From a virus, in the IMG/VR virus record IMGVR_UViG_3300032288_003288: 64,000 nucleotides of DNA; one strand, given 5' to 3'. The notes beneath the pieces were generated by a model that saw nothing but the letters and a program-made list of their open reading frames with translations, ran no database searches and was not told where the DNA came from. Position numbers and translations under genes: made by a program. Shown here piece after piece: positions 8,195 to 17,633 of the stretch; position 1 is the first letter of the stretch, and each line of letters begins with the position of its first letter.

Positions 8195-8866
8195 TTATCT
8201 GGAGTGATACCTTTTGACCAGTTCTGTGGCCTTCTGAGCGTAGTTCTTAGGATACTCTACGAACACCTGAGGCTCTGGGTTGTCATCCACAGCTATCAGG
8301 ACAGCTACCTTCTTGGCCATCAGGCCAGTCATTTCCCAGAGCATGTAGGAGTACAGGCTGGCCTGTAGGAAGTAGCCCTCGATCCATTCCTTGCGCTTGA
8401 GCTTGGACGAGGTCTTGTAGTCGATGATGGCTAGCTCGCCGTCAAAGTCAGCGATCAGGTCACACGTTCCTGCCACCTTGAGGTAGTGGCTGACGAGCAT
8501 CGACTCGATGCCTCTGATGTTGTCTACCCTACGATCAATGACTGACTTGAGCTGCTTGAAGGCGACCAGGTTGGTCAGTCTGCTGGTGTCTACCATGTTT
8601 CCTAACACATAGTCTTCACACATGCTATGGACGTTAGTGCCTCGAGTGGAAGCAAAGCTAGAGACTCTGTCTGCTTCTGCGTCGCCTACTCTCTTGCGCC
8701 ATTGGTCTAGTGCAGACTTGTCAGTCATGGCTCCTAGGACGGTGGTGACAGAAGGATACTTCCTTCCATCCTCTGTTACATAGTATCTAGTACCGTCTTC
8801 TTCTACACGACTAAGCGGCTCAAAATTGAGCAAGTCAATGTTAAATGGCTTTCGATCCAAGACCAA
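8195..8866 (-). CDS. PD-(D/E)XK (Cas4-like) exonuclease
   Basis: YPSVTTVL, RGTNVH, AGTCDLIA, IIDYKTS, Q.SLY; start uncertain (TTG 8866 chosen). Confidence 0.9.
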   Translation of the reverse strand: MVLDRKPFNIDLLNFEPLSRVEEDGTRYYVTEDGRKYPSVTTVLGAMTDKSALDQWRKRVGDAEADRVSSFASTRGTNVHSMCEDYVLGNMVDTSRLTNLVAFKQLKSVIDRRVDNIRGIESMLVSHYLKVAGTCDLIADFDGELAIIDYKTSSKLKRKEWIEGYFLQASLYSYMLWEMTGLMAKKVAVLIAVDDNPEPQVFVEYPKNYAQKATELVKRYHSR

Positions 8867-9602
8867 GCTTCTCGCGGGTGATAATGTATTCACGAACCAA
8901 TTTGCTCCTAACAATGTCGTTCTGATCAAATTCAATATACTCAAAATCTGACAGCTTGTAAATGATTTTCATGAAGTCTTTTAGACCGTTACGCTCTTGT
9001 TCTCTCGTAAGGTCTGACTGACGGAAGTCTCCGCAGAAGATGACTTTGCAGTTGCTGCCGATGCGAGTGATGACCGAGTCTAGTTCCTGATAGGTCATGT
9101 TCTGCATCTCGTCTACGATCACGTAGCAGTCGTTCATTGTAATGCCACGAACGAACGACGTAGACACAAAGTCGATAGCAGCTTTCTGCTTTAGAATGTC
9201 GTATGCATCTCCGCGACCAAACAACTCAGTTGAGATGGAGTAGTACGGAGCCTCGTAGACCTTCATCTTTTCTTTCTGACTGCCGGGCAAGAAACCCATG
9301 TCTCTCGTGGGCACTACAGACCGAACCACATAGATCTTGTTCTGCAGACCAGAGCCATCGATCAACTCGCGCAGTGTCAGATACAGAGACAAGAACGTCT
9401 TGCCTGTACCAGCCATGCCGTGAAGCATCAGATGCTTACCACGTTCAAAAGCCTCGAACGTCAGACGCTGATTCTCTGTCAACGGCTCAATGTATCTGAG
9501 ATTAAAGTTTTCTGACTTGAAGTTTGGTCTATTCAGGAGAACTTCGTCACCAGTCTGCCTAAGAATACGCTTTTGTCTTTTAGTAAGTCTCGGCTGATTC
9601 AC
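8841..9602 (-). CDS. phoH: PhoH-like ATPase
   Basis: GMAGTGKT, GFLPG, RGIT, IVDEMQN, GDFRQSDL, DIVRSKLV. Confidence 0.96.
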   Translation of the reverse strand: MNQPRLTKRQKRILRQTGDEVLLNRPNFKSENFNLRYIEPLTENQRLTFEAFERGKHLMLHGMAGTGKTFLSLYLTLRELIDGSGLQNKIYVVRSVVPTRDMGFLPGSQKEKMKVYEAPYYSISTELFGRGDAYDILKQKAAIDFVSTSFVRGITMNDCYVIVDEMQNMTYQELDSVITRIGSNCKVIFCGDFRQSDLTREQERNGLKDFMKIIYKLSDFEYIEFDQNDIVRSKLVREYIITREKLGLGSKAI

Positions 9603-9603
9603 T

Positions 9604-9894
9604 TTATGTCCTATTCTTATACTTGTTTACAGCTTCTCTGACTTTGACAGACTTGGTATCTTTTGCACCGTGTTTTTCTGCAAGAGGAGAGCCGGGGTTT
9701 GCATCTGCGACTCTTCTCAACATGTCATTGAAACCGGAGTCGGTCTTGATGCCACCTACACCACCTACCACATTCACCTTATAGACCAGCCGAATGTCTG
9801 GGTTTTCAGCGAGAAACTCCTTCATGCTGTCATATGACATGAATTCGTCCCACTTCTCGTCAGTGGTAGTGTCATGAAATTCATAGAGAGGCAC
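9604..9894 (-). CDS. Conserved T4-like hypothetical protein (FmdB-like N terminus)
   Basis: MPLYEF....E.WDEFMS..FL.ENP; position next to phoH. Confidence 0.75.
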   Translation of the reverse strand: MPLYEFHDTTTDEKWDEFMSYDSMKEFLAENPDIRLVYKVNVVGGVGGIKTDSGFNDMLRRVADANPGSPLAEKHGAKDTKSVKVREAVNKYKNRT

Positions 9895-10052
9895 TATTCT
9901 TCGTCGATCTTTAGAAGAGTGTCGATGTCTTTCGCTCGAAGAGCACTGATCAGGTGTTTTTCTTTACGATGATTTTGAAGATCACGGCGATTGGGAGTGT
10001 AATCGTCTTCAAGAAACTCTTTAAGCTTCTTGATGTTCTGCTTTTTCTTCAT
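9894..10052 (-). CDS. Small hypothetical protein (52 aa, below ORF-track cutoff)
   Basis: MKKKQNIKKLKEFLEDD...LLKIDEE-TAG fills the gap exactly. Confidence 0.6.
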   Translation of the reverse strand: MKKKQNIKKLKEFLEDDYTPNRRDLQNHRKEKHLISALRAKDIDTLLKIDEE

Positions 10053-10461
10053 GGATCAGACCCGGAAATGCTTTGTTGATGTGCTTTACTGTAAGTCCCT
10101 TGACAGGGAGTTTCTTGTCTTTAGCAGACAGAAGGAGTTTGGCGTCGCCAGGATGTATAGTCTCCAACATTTCAATGAAGAGCTGTTCACGCCTGACCGG
10201 TCGCATATTTACATTAGCATGTTCTAAGAATAGGTAGAGACGACGAGCTTCAGTGTACATCATGCCGTGTGTCTCAGGCTCAGGAGCTTCGTTATAAGGA
10301 GGCTCGCCTTCTGGCAATAGCCACTTGACTCGTGGATCCAAAGCAAACTGTAGGATCATCTTCAGCGGCTCGCTCTCGTTTTTTTGAAGGAAAGCAATCT
10401 TATCCTCTTCCTTCTTTTGAGCTGCAGCTTGAGCCACGATTTCGAATATAGCTAACTTCAC
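10021..10461 (-). CDS. Conserved T4-like hypothetical protein
   Basis: LPEGEPPY, EARRLYLF, RREQLFIEMLE.IHP.DAKLL; follows RNase H. Confidence 0.85.
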   Translation of the reverse strand: MKLAIFEIVAQAAAQKKEEDKIAFLQKNESEPLKMILQFALDPRVKWLLPEGEPPYNEAPEPETHGMMYTEARRLYLFLEHANVNMRPVRREQLFIEMLETIHPGDAKLLLSAKDKKLPVKGLTVKHINKAFPGLIHEEKAEHQEA

Positions 10462-11313
10462 TTAAAAGTCTCCAATGCTCTCAATGAGATTCTTCATTCT
10501 CTTTTGAATAAAGTAGTTGAGAAGGTTCTTCCTAGACTTGCCTTCCTGGTTTATATATTCATCCAAGATTTTCTCCCTGATCTGGGGAGGAGTAAAAGAC
10601 AGGTCGACTAGCTGTTGGTTGCGCTTATAGTTACGCAACATCTGCTCGTCACAGAACTGTTCAGGTTGCTGAGTAACCCAGTGATCAAGCTTCTTCTGTC
10701 CTAGAGGACGCTGACGCTGACCAACCACAAAGGTGTTGTCAGCAGACAAGAAGTTAGGCACACCGTCGCCTACGTCGCCGCGCATGATGTGCTCGTTGAG
10801 GAAGCGAGTAGGATCGTTCGTAATACGCCACTTCTTCTGGACCGGGTCGTACTGCTTGACGTTGAAGTACTTCTGCAGCTGCATGAAGTCCTTGTCGCCT
10901 GACACGATCAAGATCTTTTCGCTGGTGTTGGCATACTTTTCGACCAACACTCCGATGACGTCGTCAGCTTCTGCGCCGTCTACGTGAATGACCCTGTACG
11001 GGAAGTTGTTCTTGATGTCTTCGCGCACGCCGTTCAAGATCGTAAAGATCTTGTTCCAGTCCAGCTCGCTGGCATCACGAGACTTCTTGCGATTGGCCTT
11101 GTAGTAAGGAAAGATTTGCTTGCGCCAGTTGTTGCCAGCGTCTGCTGCAATGACCATCTCTCCGTATTCCGAACGGAACTTGGCATTGTATGAGCGCAGT
11201 GAGTTGAGGATCATGTGGCGAAGGAGATCCTCGTCCACTTCGATGTTAGTGTGATTACCGATCTGCGACATAAAGTTCGAGATCATCACTTGGTTCAAGT
11301 CAACAATAATCAT
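10462..11313 (-). CDS. rnh: T4-type RNase H (5'-3' exonuclease)
   Basis: IIVDLNQ, YYKANRKKSR, EADDVIG, SGDKDFMQL, GDVGDGVPN. Confidence 0.96.
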   Translation of the reverse strand: MIIVDLNQVMISNFMSQIGNHTNIEVDEDLLRHMILNSLRSYNAKFRSEYGEMVIAADAGNNWRKQIFPYYKANRKKSRDASELDWNKIFTILNGVREDIKNNFPYRVIHVDGAEADDVIGVLVEKYANTSEKILIVSGDKDFMQLQKYFNVKQYDPVQKKWRITNDPTRFLNEHIMRGDVGDGVPNFLSADNTFVVGQRQRPLGQKKLDHWVTQQPEQFCDEQMLRNYKRNQQLVDLSFTPPQIREKILDEYINQEGKSRKNLLNYFIQKRMKNLIESIGDF

Positions 11314-11328
11314 AGCTATATAAGAGTA

Positions 11329-11694
11329 TTACTCTTCTCCAGTTTTATCTACAACGATATCTAGGTCATACTTATATTCTAGATTTCCATCTTCGTGTTC
11401 GAACAGAGAGAACGAAGATTCAGTGAAGTCGTGCAGCGCGTGTTCTAGGTCTAGTGACTTATAGACCAGCGCCTTGAAGCTCTCGCAAAATAAAGCTAGA
11501 TCCTTGCCGCACTTTTCACTGTCGATATCCAATCCTCCTTCGAGGATGATCTGAATAATATGCGGAAAGGCCATAGTCATCATGTAATCTGCGCGAGCTT
11601 TGCGAAGAGTTGCTATAGATTCATGCAACTCTTCAAGCGATTGCGGTGGACTCTCGCCCTTGGCTTTAGGAAATATGATAACATTATTTGTCAT
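11329..11694 (-). CDS. Hypothetical protein
   Basis: NVIIFPK N-terminus; coupled to upstream gene. Confidence 0.7.
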   Translation of the reverse strand: MTNNVIIFPKAKGESPPQSLEELHESIATLRKARADYMMTMAFPHIIQIILEGGLDIDSEKCGKDLALFCESFKALVYKSLDLEHALHDFTESSFSLFEHEDGNLEYKYDLDIVVDKTGEE

Positions 11695-12824
11695 TTAATG
11701 ATCCGCAACAGGATGGTATCTGTATTTATACGTCCGTTAGGCTTGGACTCGACAGTCTTGAGATCATCCATTATCTTTCTTAGTGCCACACGCCCTGCTC
11801 CAAGCAACTGCTGTATGGTGATATCTGGCTTGCGCAAGCTTTTGGTCGATGACTTGTCGACATCGTAGCCAATAAGCGTGGTACCCTTCACTTGGATCCC
11901 AGTTGGGCCAACAGCGTCGTACCTCGTCAGCCTCTTGTACTTTGTATTGTAGGTCCATAGTTGCTGACATCCCACGATCTCGACGGGGTTAACAGATACG
12001 ATCTTGAGAGGAGCGAACTCCTTCTGGAACTTGAGCTTCTCGACCTGCTTGGCCAGAGGCTTCTCGCGAATCGTCTTTGGCTTGCGAACCTTGGTGACCT
12101 TCTTGTTGCCGATGTACCGATTCAGATCATCGATGACCGCCTGCATGAAAGCACGTTCATCCTTTAGCTTCTTACCAAAAGCTTCTTTGACCTGCTCATC
12201 GTCGCTCATGACCTCGTCATAGATCGGCTGGTAATAAGCCAGCATGAAGCGAGCTGCAGCAGGAGTGGCTGTGTACTTCTGCAGAAACTCATACATCGAT
12301 CCACGCTCATCGATGACTTTGCCTTCGGCGTCAGACAGAAGCTGATTGTTCCTGGCCTTTGTGCGAGCCTGAATGTCGACGATCGGCTTTGCCTTAGGAA
12401 CCTGAGGCTGCTCTTCAGTCTCTTCATCGAGACGGATGCGAGCTGCTCCCATCTCCTCGATGCGAGTGACGATCCATTCCTTGTTCTCTGCAGCAAGCTT
12501 AGTACCGTTCAGCGCCATCTTGGCGATCCAGCCAGGGGTGGTGCTGACGAGTTTATCAGGGATATCGCGAACGATCTTGCTGAGGTCTGCACGACCTTCG
12601 ATCTTGAGATACTGAAGCAACCACTGCTTTGCCTTGGAGGCATCGTACATGTAGTTGTACCAGTTGAGGACTTCCGTCAGACGAGGATCTCGCCGACCAG
12701 TCAGTTCCTCGAGGATGGGCTCGTCGCCCATGTACTTGCTATCGAGCGAAGCGTTGCGACGGTTCGAGATAGGCTTCTTCTTGATCTTCTGTGTGATGCT
12801 CTTTTTAGCCACGTTTTTCTCCAA
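11691..12824 (-). CDS. Conserved T4-like hypothetical protein
   Basis: 377-aa ORF; LNWYNY, LWTYNTKYK.L..Y, VKGTTL, KSLRKP, NGRIN..TILL. Confidence 0.85.
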   Translation of the reverse strand: MEKNVAKKSITQKIKKKPISNRRNASLDSKYMGDEPILEELTGRRDPRLTEVLNWYNYMYDASKAKQWLLQYLKIEGRADLSKIVRDIPDKLVSTTPGWIAKMALNGTKLAAENKEWIVTRIEEMGAARIRLDEETEEQPQVPKAKPIVDIQARTKARNNQLLSDAEGKVIDERGSMYEFLQKYTATPAAARFMLAYYQPIYDEVMSDDEQVKEAFGKKLKDERAFMQAVIDDLNRYIGNKKVTKVRKPKTIREKPLAKQVEKLKFQKEFAPLKIVSVNPVEIVGCQQLWTYNTKYKRLTRYDAVGPTGIQVKGTTLIGYDVDKSSTKSLRKPDITIQQLLGAGRVALRKIMDDLKTVESKPNGRINTDTILLRIIK

Positions 12825-12834
12825 TCTATGATTA

Positions 12835-12863
12835 AATCTACCATAGATTTCAAAAAATGTACA
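12835..12863 (-). promoter_or_regulatory. Phage early-type promoter
   Basis: TGTACA-N17-TAGATT. Confidence 0.7.
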
Positions 12864-12885
12864 TGTTTATTTTTATTAAATGTTA

Positions 12886-13482
12886 TCAATACTTTAGGTC
12901 TTCAGGATCTAGGTAGGTATGGCGAGCCCTGATGTTTTGAGCTATGAAGTGCATGATGGCTTGACTCACGTCCTCTACGATACCGTAGTTTCCTGATGGG
13001 ATGTGAATGGCCACGTCTGCCAATTCTTTGGCCTTTCCTCCATCGAACCCGAGGATGGCGATCGACTTCATGCCGATCTCTTTGGCCATCTTGAGAGCAT
13101 TGATGATATTAGGACTGTTGCCGCTCGAGCTGATGGCAATCAGCAGGTCGTCTTGAGCTGCTGACCAAGATAGCTGCTTAGAAAACACATGCTCAAAGCC
13201 GATGTCGTTGGCCACAGCAGTCATCATAGAATCGTTGCAGTTCAGAGACACGATCTTCGGAAAGAAGTTTGTATCGCATGCCACGCCTTTGACGCAGTCA
13301 CATACCAGATGGTTTGAGATGGCAGCAGAGCCGCCGTTACCACATGAGTAGATCGTGCCACTGGTAACGTAGGCTTCTACGATCAGCTCTATCGCACGTT
13401 CAACCTTATTGGCTTCAACGTTATCCAAAGCCTTTGATAGATGGTCAGAGTACTCGAATAAGCTCTTAATCACGGTAGACAA
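12886..13482 (-). CDS. gmhA: Phosphoheptose isomerase (SIS domain)
   Basis: CGNGGSAA.SNH, TAVANDIG, ISSSGNSPNI, GFDGG. Confidence 0.93.
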   Translation of the reverse strand: MSTVIKSLFEYSDHLSKALDNVEANKVERAIELIVEAYVTSGTIYSCGNGGSAAISNHLVCDCVKGVACDTNFFPKIVSLNCNDSMMTAVANDIGFEHVFSKQLSWSAAQDDLLIAISSSGNSPNIINALKMAKEIGMKSIAILGFDGGKAKELADVAIHIPSGNYGIVEDVSQAIMHFIAQNIRARHTYLDPEDLKY

Positions 13483-14413
13483 CGCGTGCTCCTTCGTGTG
13501 CGCATTGAATGATTAGACACTCGCGATCACTAAACTCTTCATGCAGAGCAGGATCGTCTTCTGACAGGGCTAGCATGTATCCTCCGCCGCCGGCACCGAG
13601 AAGCTTGGCACCCCATGCTCCTGCCTTCATGCAACGATCGTACATCTCGTCGATGGTACTGTTTGAGATGCTGTCATCCATCTGCTTCTTTAGTTGCCAC
13701 GCAGACACCAACAGAGCTCCGTATTCTTTGGCAGTCATAGGCGGTTGACCATATGTCATGTCTGCCATATCGGCCAGAGAACGAATTACGAACTGTTTAG
13801 CGTCGAAGTTGATGTTGCCGAGTATCTCAGATGCATGTCTCTCGATGTTAGTAGGGATCAGAGTAATGTAGGGTTCAATGAATGCGGGATTCATGCGACT
13901 TACTCTAATGTTGCCTTCATTACTATACTTGATATAGTTCATTCCACCAAGAGCAGACGCATACTGATCTTGCTTACCGATCTTCCATTCACACATGTCT
14001 AATTCAATATGACATGCTAGTTCGGCTACGTCGAGTTGATTGTACACATCTCCCATTCCAATGTATTCTGTAATGGCCCTGATCAGTGCACAAGTAAAGG
14101 CAGACGATCCACCAAGACCTGTACCGATCGTGGGAATGTCTGCGAAAGATGTGATCTCGATGTTAGATCGAATGTTGAAGTACTTCAGAACGTTCTTGAC
14201 GATCTCGTTCTGGAGATCTTCTACGTCAGTCACGCACTCTTGTTTTGAATAAGAGACTTTGATATGATTCTGAGGAGTGTACATGACAGCTACATAGACG
14301 TAGCGATCAATGGCCATGGAAATGGTAGCTCCACCCCATTGCATGAAGTGGGCCGGAATGTCCGACCCACCTCCGAAGAAACTAATTCTAAGCGGCGCTT
14401 TTGACAGAATCAT
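13466..14413 (-). CDS. hddA: GHMP kinase, D-glycero-D-manno-heptose 7-phosphate kinase type
   Basis: APLRISFFGGGSD, GTGLGGSSA, GKQDQYASALGG, GAKLLGAGGGG. Confidence 0.9.
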   Translation of the reverse strand: MILSKAPLRISFFGGGSDIPAHFMQWGGATISMAIDRYVYVAVMYTPQNHIKVSYSKQECVTDVEDLQNEIVKNVLKYFNIRSNIEITSFADIPTIGTGLGGSSAFTCALIRAITEYIGMGDVYNQLDVAELACHIELDMCEWKIGKQDQYASALGGMNYIKYSNEGNIRVSRMNPAFIEPYITLIPTNIERHASEILGNINFDAKQFVIRSLADMADMTYGQPPMTAKEYGALLVSAWQLKKQMDDSISNSTIDEMYDRCMKAGAWGAKLLGAGGGGYMLALSEDDPALHEEFSDRECLIIQCAHEGARVVYRD

Positions 14414-15407
14414 TCGTTGCTTCCCTGCGTGCCTTATCTGCCTTGAGCGAGTTGATCAGCGCCTTCCAGCGAAGCGAGATCTTGTCCCAACCGAAGCGAT
14501 TGTCGGTGTATGCTTTGATGAACCCGAGCATGTTGGTCATGTCGTTGTTCATGACGTTCTCGATGGTGTACATCAGGTTATGAGCAAAGATGTTGGCGTG
14601 CATGTTGGGATCCGTATGATCGCCATCATACTGCACAGTCAGACCAGCAGAAGTATCGGTCAGAGCTGAGAAGTTAGGATGGACCGCAACGCAACCAGCA
14701 CTCATGGCTTCAATCAGTGAACGACACGAAGTCTCAGGCCAAATACATGGATATGCAAAGATGTGTGCCTTCTGATAAGCTTCACGAACCACTTCGTTAG
14801 GCTGCCATCCGTAGTAGTTGATCTTAGGATGATCGCGGCATGCCTTGAAGAGCGACTCAAACTGGGCATCACGCTGCTCCCACTTAGGACCATAGATGCC
14901 GAATGAGGAATAAACATCCAGCTCGATGTTGTCATACTTCTTACAGAGAGACATAAACACTGGCACCAAGATCTCAAGGCCGCGATGCGGCGTCGAAGTG
15001 TAGATAAGACGAATGGTGTCCTTCTTGTTCTTCTCGACAGGATCGAACGGAATAGGATCGATGCCAGTCTCGATCACGCAACTCTGTGCACTGTACGGGA
15101 CTCCGAGGAAATCGCGATAGTGCTGATACTGCCAGTTAGAAGAGAATACCAGCTTATCGAAGCGGGCCCGACTGTCCTTTTCCTTGAGATGCTTGCACTC
15201 AGGATCCATGGCCAGATCATGAAGATGGTAGATCTTAATCTTGTCATCGTGTAGCTCGCGTACGCGAGACGAGATGATCTGTACGCCTTCTAGTTCTTCA
15301 CGCGTAAGACGGTTGAAGAGGGCTCGTGTGGTCAGCTCAGTGCCACCTTGCGAGTCTTGATTAAGTTCATTGAACTCGATCAAGTCTTGGTTCTTAAGGT
15401 CTTTCAT
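14388..15407 (-). CDS. Glycosyltransferase (GT-B, GT4-like)
   Basis: GGTEL, YTSTPHRGL, YPCIWPETSCRSLIEAMSAG (EX7E). Confidence 0.9.
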   Translation of the reverse strand: MKDLKNQDLIEFNELNQDSQGGTELTTRALFNRLTREELEGVQIISSRVRELHDDKIKIYHLHDLAMDPECKHLKEKDSRARFDKLVFSSNWQYQHYRDFLGVPYSAQSCVIETGIDPIPFDPVEKNKKDTIRLIYTSTPHRGLEILVPVFMSLCKKYDNIELDVYSSFGIYGPKWEQRDAQFESLFKACRDHPKINYYGWQPNEVVREAYQKAHIFAYPCIWPETSCRSLIEAMSAGCVAVHPNFSALTDTSAGLTVQYDGDHTDPNMHANIFAHNLMYTIENVMNNDMTNMLGFIKAYTDNRFGWDKISLRWKALINSLKADKARREATNDSVKSAA

Positions 15408-15724
15408 TGCAATGCTCCAGTAAAATACATATCAGAATTGATGGCTTTATCGTCGATCCAAATATCATAAGATGGCTTGCCCATCCACAGCTCTTTATAC
15501 TTGCATCCCCATGAGTCAAGTTGATTTTTTGTCAACTCAGCCCAATCGAGGCCAGTCGAAGAGCCACGTGCAGTCCAATAGATGATGGTCTCTCCTGCAT
15601 CGTGTAGCTTGTTGATTGCTTCGATGCGACCGGGCAAAGGTTCTGCCTTGTCGTACTGACGAGATCCATCTTCGCCAGTAAACGAAGTGCAGATGGTGTC
15701 GTCGATGTCGACCACATAGATCAT
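15404..15724 (-). CDS. Small HAD phosphatase (capsule-biosynthesis type)
   Basis: VDIDDTI, WTARG, MGKP, WIDDKA. Confidence 0.88.
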   Translation of the reverse strand: MIYVVDIDDTICTSFTGEDGSRQYDKAEPLPGRIEAINKLHDAGETIIYWTARGSSTGLDWAELTKNQLDSWGCKYKELWMGKPSYDIWIDDKAINSDMYFTGALQ

Positions 15725-16029
15725 CTATCAGTCTCCGAAAACCCGATTACAGAGTCGTAGCGAAATGAGCGCCAACCCTCCTTCTCGAGGTCGTATACGG
15801 CCAAGATGTCAGGATTTTGAGTCTTCTTCTGCACCGACTCTTCTATATCTATCTGTGCAGGCAGGAGATCGGGATTGAGGGTGCAGAGCATATCTCGCAC
15901 AGTCCCGTCTTTCTTGATAAAGTTGACCTTGAGGACCTTAGTCTTCAGCTGGTCTCGGAGAAAAGTATTCCTCCACGATGTCTCGCTCGACGCTTGGTTC
16001 GAACCATTCTGTAAGTTTGTCAAATCCAC
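15721..16029 (-). CDS. WYL_2 / SH3-like beta-barrel protein
   Basis: VNFIKKDGTVRDMLCTL..VYDLEKEGWRSFR; start uncertain. Confidence 0.8.
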   Translation of the reverse strand: MDLTNLQNGSNQASSETSWRNTFLRDQLKTKVLKVNFIKKDGTVRDMLCTLNPDLLPAQIDIEESVQKKTQNPDILAVYDLEKEGWRSFRYDSVIGFSETDR

Positions 16030-16219
16030 CGATGTTCACTCCGTCAATAATAATAAATGGGACACTACGCACGTTAGGAAAGATACTCACGAAATCTTCT
16101 CGCGTAATATCTGATCCTATACCAACTTGAGTGTATTGTAAACCCTTTTGTGTCAAAAGATTCTTGGCCGCATCACAATACGGACAGTTTTCTTTGGTAT
16201 AGACAATGATCTTACTCAC
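15938..16219 (-). CDS. nrdC: Glutaredoxin
   Basis: CPYC, SVPFI, IGGFD; GTG start at 16219. Confidence 0.92.
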   Translation of the reverse strand: MSKIIVYTKENCPYCDAAKNLLTQKGLQYTQVGIGSDITREDFVSIFPNVRSVPFIIIDGVNIGGFDKLTEWFEPSVERDIVEEYFSPRPAED

Positions 16220-16481
16220 TCTCTTTACTCTTGTAAATGCTATAAGATTTGTTAGGATCGCCCCAATAGGCATTTGATCTCACTCTGATAAAAGGTTGAT
16301 TAGTGCCTCTTGAGGGATTGGGAATGGATAACCATGGGTTCTTACCCCGGCGCCATGCTTCAAGCTTGGTTAGATACTTATCTAGCTCTGTACGACTCTG
16401 ACGAACCTCTTTAACTCCGTTCACGATAGAACGACGTTCACCTTTGGATGTCTGCGACGTACGTGTTCTCTTCTTACCCAT
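16212..16481 (-). CDS. Conserved basic phage hypothetical protein
   Basis: TSKGERRS, AWRRGKNPW.SIPNP..TN.PFIRV. Confidence 0.75.
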   Translation of the reverse strand: MGKKRTRTSQTSKGERRSIVNGVKEVRQSRTELDKYLTKLEAWRRGKNPWLSIPNPSRGTNQPFIRVRSNAYWGDPNKSYSIYKSKESE

Positions 16482-16492
16482 TAATTAAGTCC

Positions 16493-16582
16493 TCACTTCT
16501 TACGAGCTGCACGAGCCTTACGCTTTGTAGAGCCGATCTTGCGGCGCCCTTTGCGCGGTCTATTTTTTGATGGCCATGGCAT
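16493..16582 (-). CDS. 29-aa very basic peptide
   Basis: MPWPSKNRPRKGRRKIGSTKRKARAARKK-TGA with strong AAGGAG RBS; below ORF-track cutoff. Confidence 0.7.
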   Translation of the reverse strand: MPWPSKNRPRKGRRKIGSTKRKARAARKK

Positions 16583-16594
16583 AATATATCTCCT

Positions 16595-16984
16595 TCACGT
16601 TAATATGCCTTTGTTGATAAGAGTCAGATCATGTTCTCTGTCTATATACTTATACTCGACCCGGACTGGCTCGAACTGCATTATAGCAGAAAATACATCT
16701 TGGATGTTGAGAGTCGAGCATGTGTACACGTCCAGTTGCATCAGGCCAGGATCTTCTTCGTCCCAGATATGCAACGCGATGTGTGATGTCTCGATGATAG
16801 TGACTGCTGTGAGTCCTTGATTTCCCGGCATCGCAGAGTAGACGGCGTATGGCCCCATCAAAATCTTCATTCCGATGGTCTTGACAAGATTACTCATCCA
16901 GTCCTGAATCATCTCTGGGCTTTTGGGAGGATTGTTTAGAGTCGCCCGGACTATAAGATGTTTGTGCTCAAGAATCTTAGACAC
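16595..16984 (-). CDS. speD: S-adenosylmethionine decarboxylase proenzyme
   Basis: GLTAVTIIETSHIALHIW (pyruvoyl cleavage motif), LDVYTC. Confidence 0.88.
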   Translation of the reverse strand: MSKILEHKHLIVRATLNNPPKSPEMIQDWMSNLVKTIGMKILMGPYAVYSAMPGNQGLTAVTIIETSHIALHIWDEEDPGLMQLDVYTCSTLNIQDVFSAIMQFEPVRVEYKYIDREHDLTLINKGILT

Positions 16985-16985
16985 T

Positions 16986-17420
16986 TCATAAAATCTCCGT
17001 ATTGTTATCGATATTCTTTTTAAAACAAAGGGCTTTCACGTGACTCGTCTGTACTTTTACAGCTGCCCAACTGTTATAGTAGTCCTCATCAAGGATCGCA
17101 TCTACTTCGAACATATACTTCATCTCGTAGTAGTTGCATTCGCCTCTTGTTTTACATAGTCTAAGAATACGCCTCACGAACTTGTCTGTACCGTACTTTT
17201 CGACATCTTCTCTCAGAGAAGGCGACGAACCGTAATAGTCTTTCCAATCCGATTCAACACGGATTTTTTTACGTTTGCCTCGTACTTGTTTGTATCCGGC
17301 TTTGGTTAGGTATTTTCTACCTATATACTTTTTTCCGTTGACTGTACACGTTATTTCGTAAACAAAGCCGTAATAGTCGTCAACATTTTCAAATTCTTTA
17401 TCTTCTATCAACCAAGTCAT
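16986..17420 (-). CDS. GIY-YIG family nuclease (free-standing)
   Basis: GFVYEIT..NGKKYIGRK, YYGSS, F.R.IL, YYN. Confidence 0.82.
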   Translation of the reverse strand: MTWLIEDKEFENVDDYYGFVYEITCTVNGKKYIGRKYLTKAGYKQVRGKRKKIRVESDWKDYYGSSPSLREDVEKYGTDKFVRRILRLCKTRGECNYYEMKYMFEVDAILDEDYYNSWAAVKVQTSHVKALCFKKNIDNNTEIL

Positions 17421-17449
17421 AGTATCTTTCCGGTAGAAAGATCTATTTA

Positions 17450-17605
17450 TTATAGTCTGGTGTTATCTACAGACTCCCAATCGTAAACTGCTTCTTCTTC
17501 AATAAGCATCTCTTCACCGCAGAATGGACAAAAAGAAGTGGGTAGATCTGCATCAGAGATCACTCTGAACTCTTCTTCACAGCTTGAACACGTGATCCAA
17601 TCCAT
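17450..17605 (-). CDS. Small zinc-ribbon protein (51 aa)
   Basis: MDWITCSSCEEEF...FCPFCG; AGGAG RBS. Confidence 0.75.
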   Translation of the reverse strand: MDWITCSSCEEEFRVISDADLPTSFCPFCGEEMLIEEEAVYDWESVDNTRL

Positions 17606-17633
17606 TGTTAGGTTCTCCTAATCTTTTTGTTTC

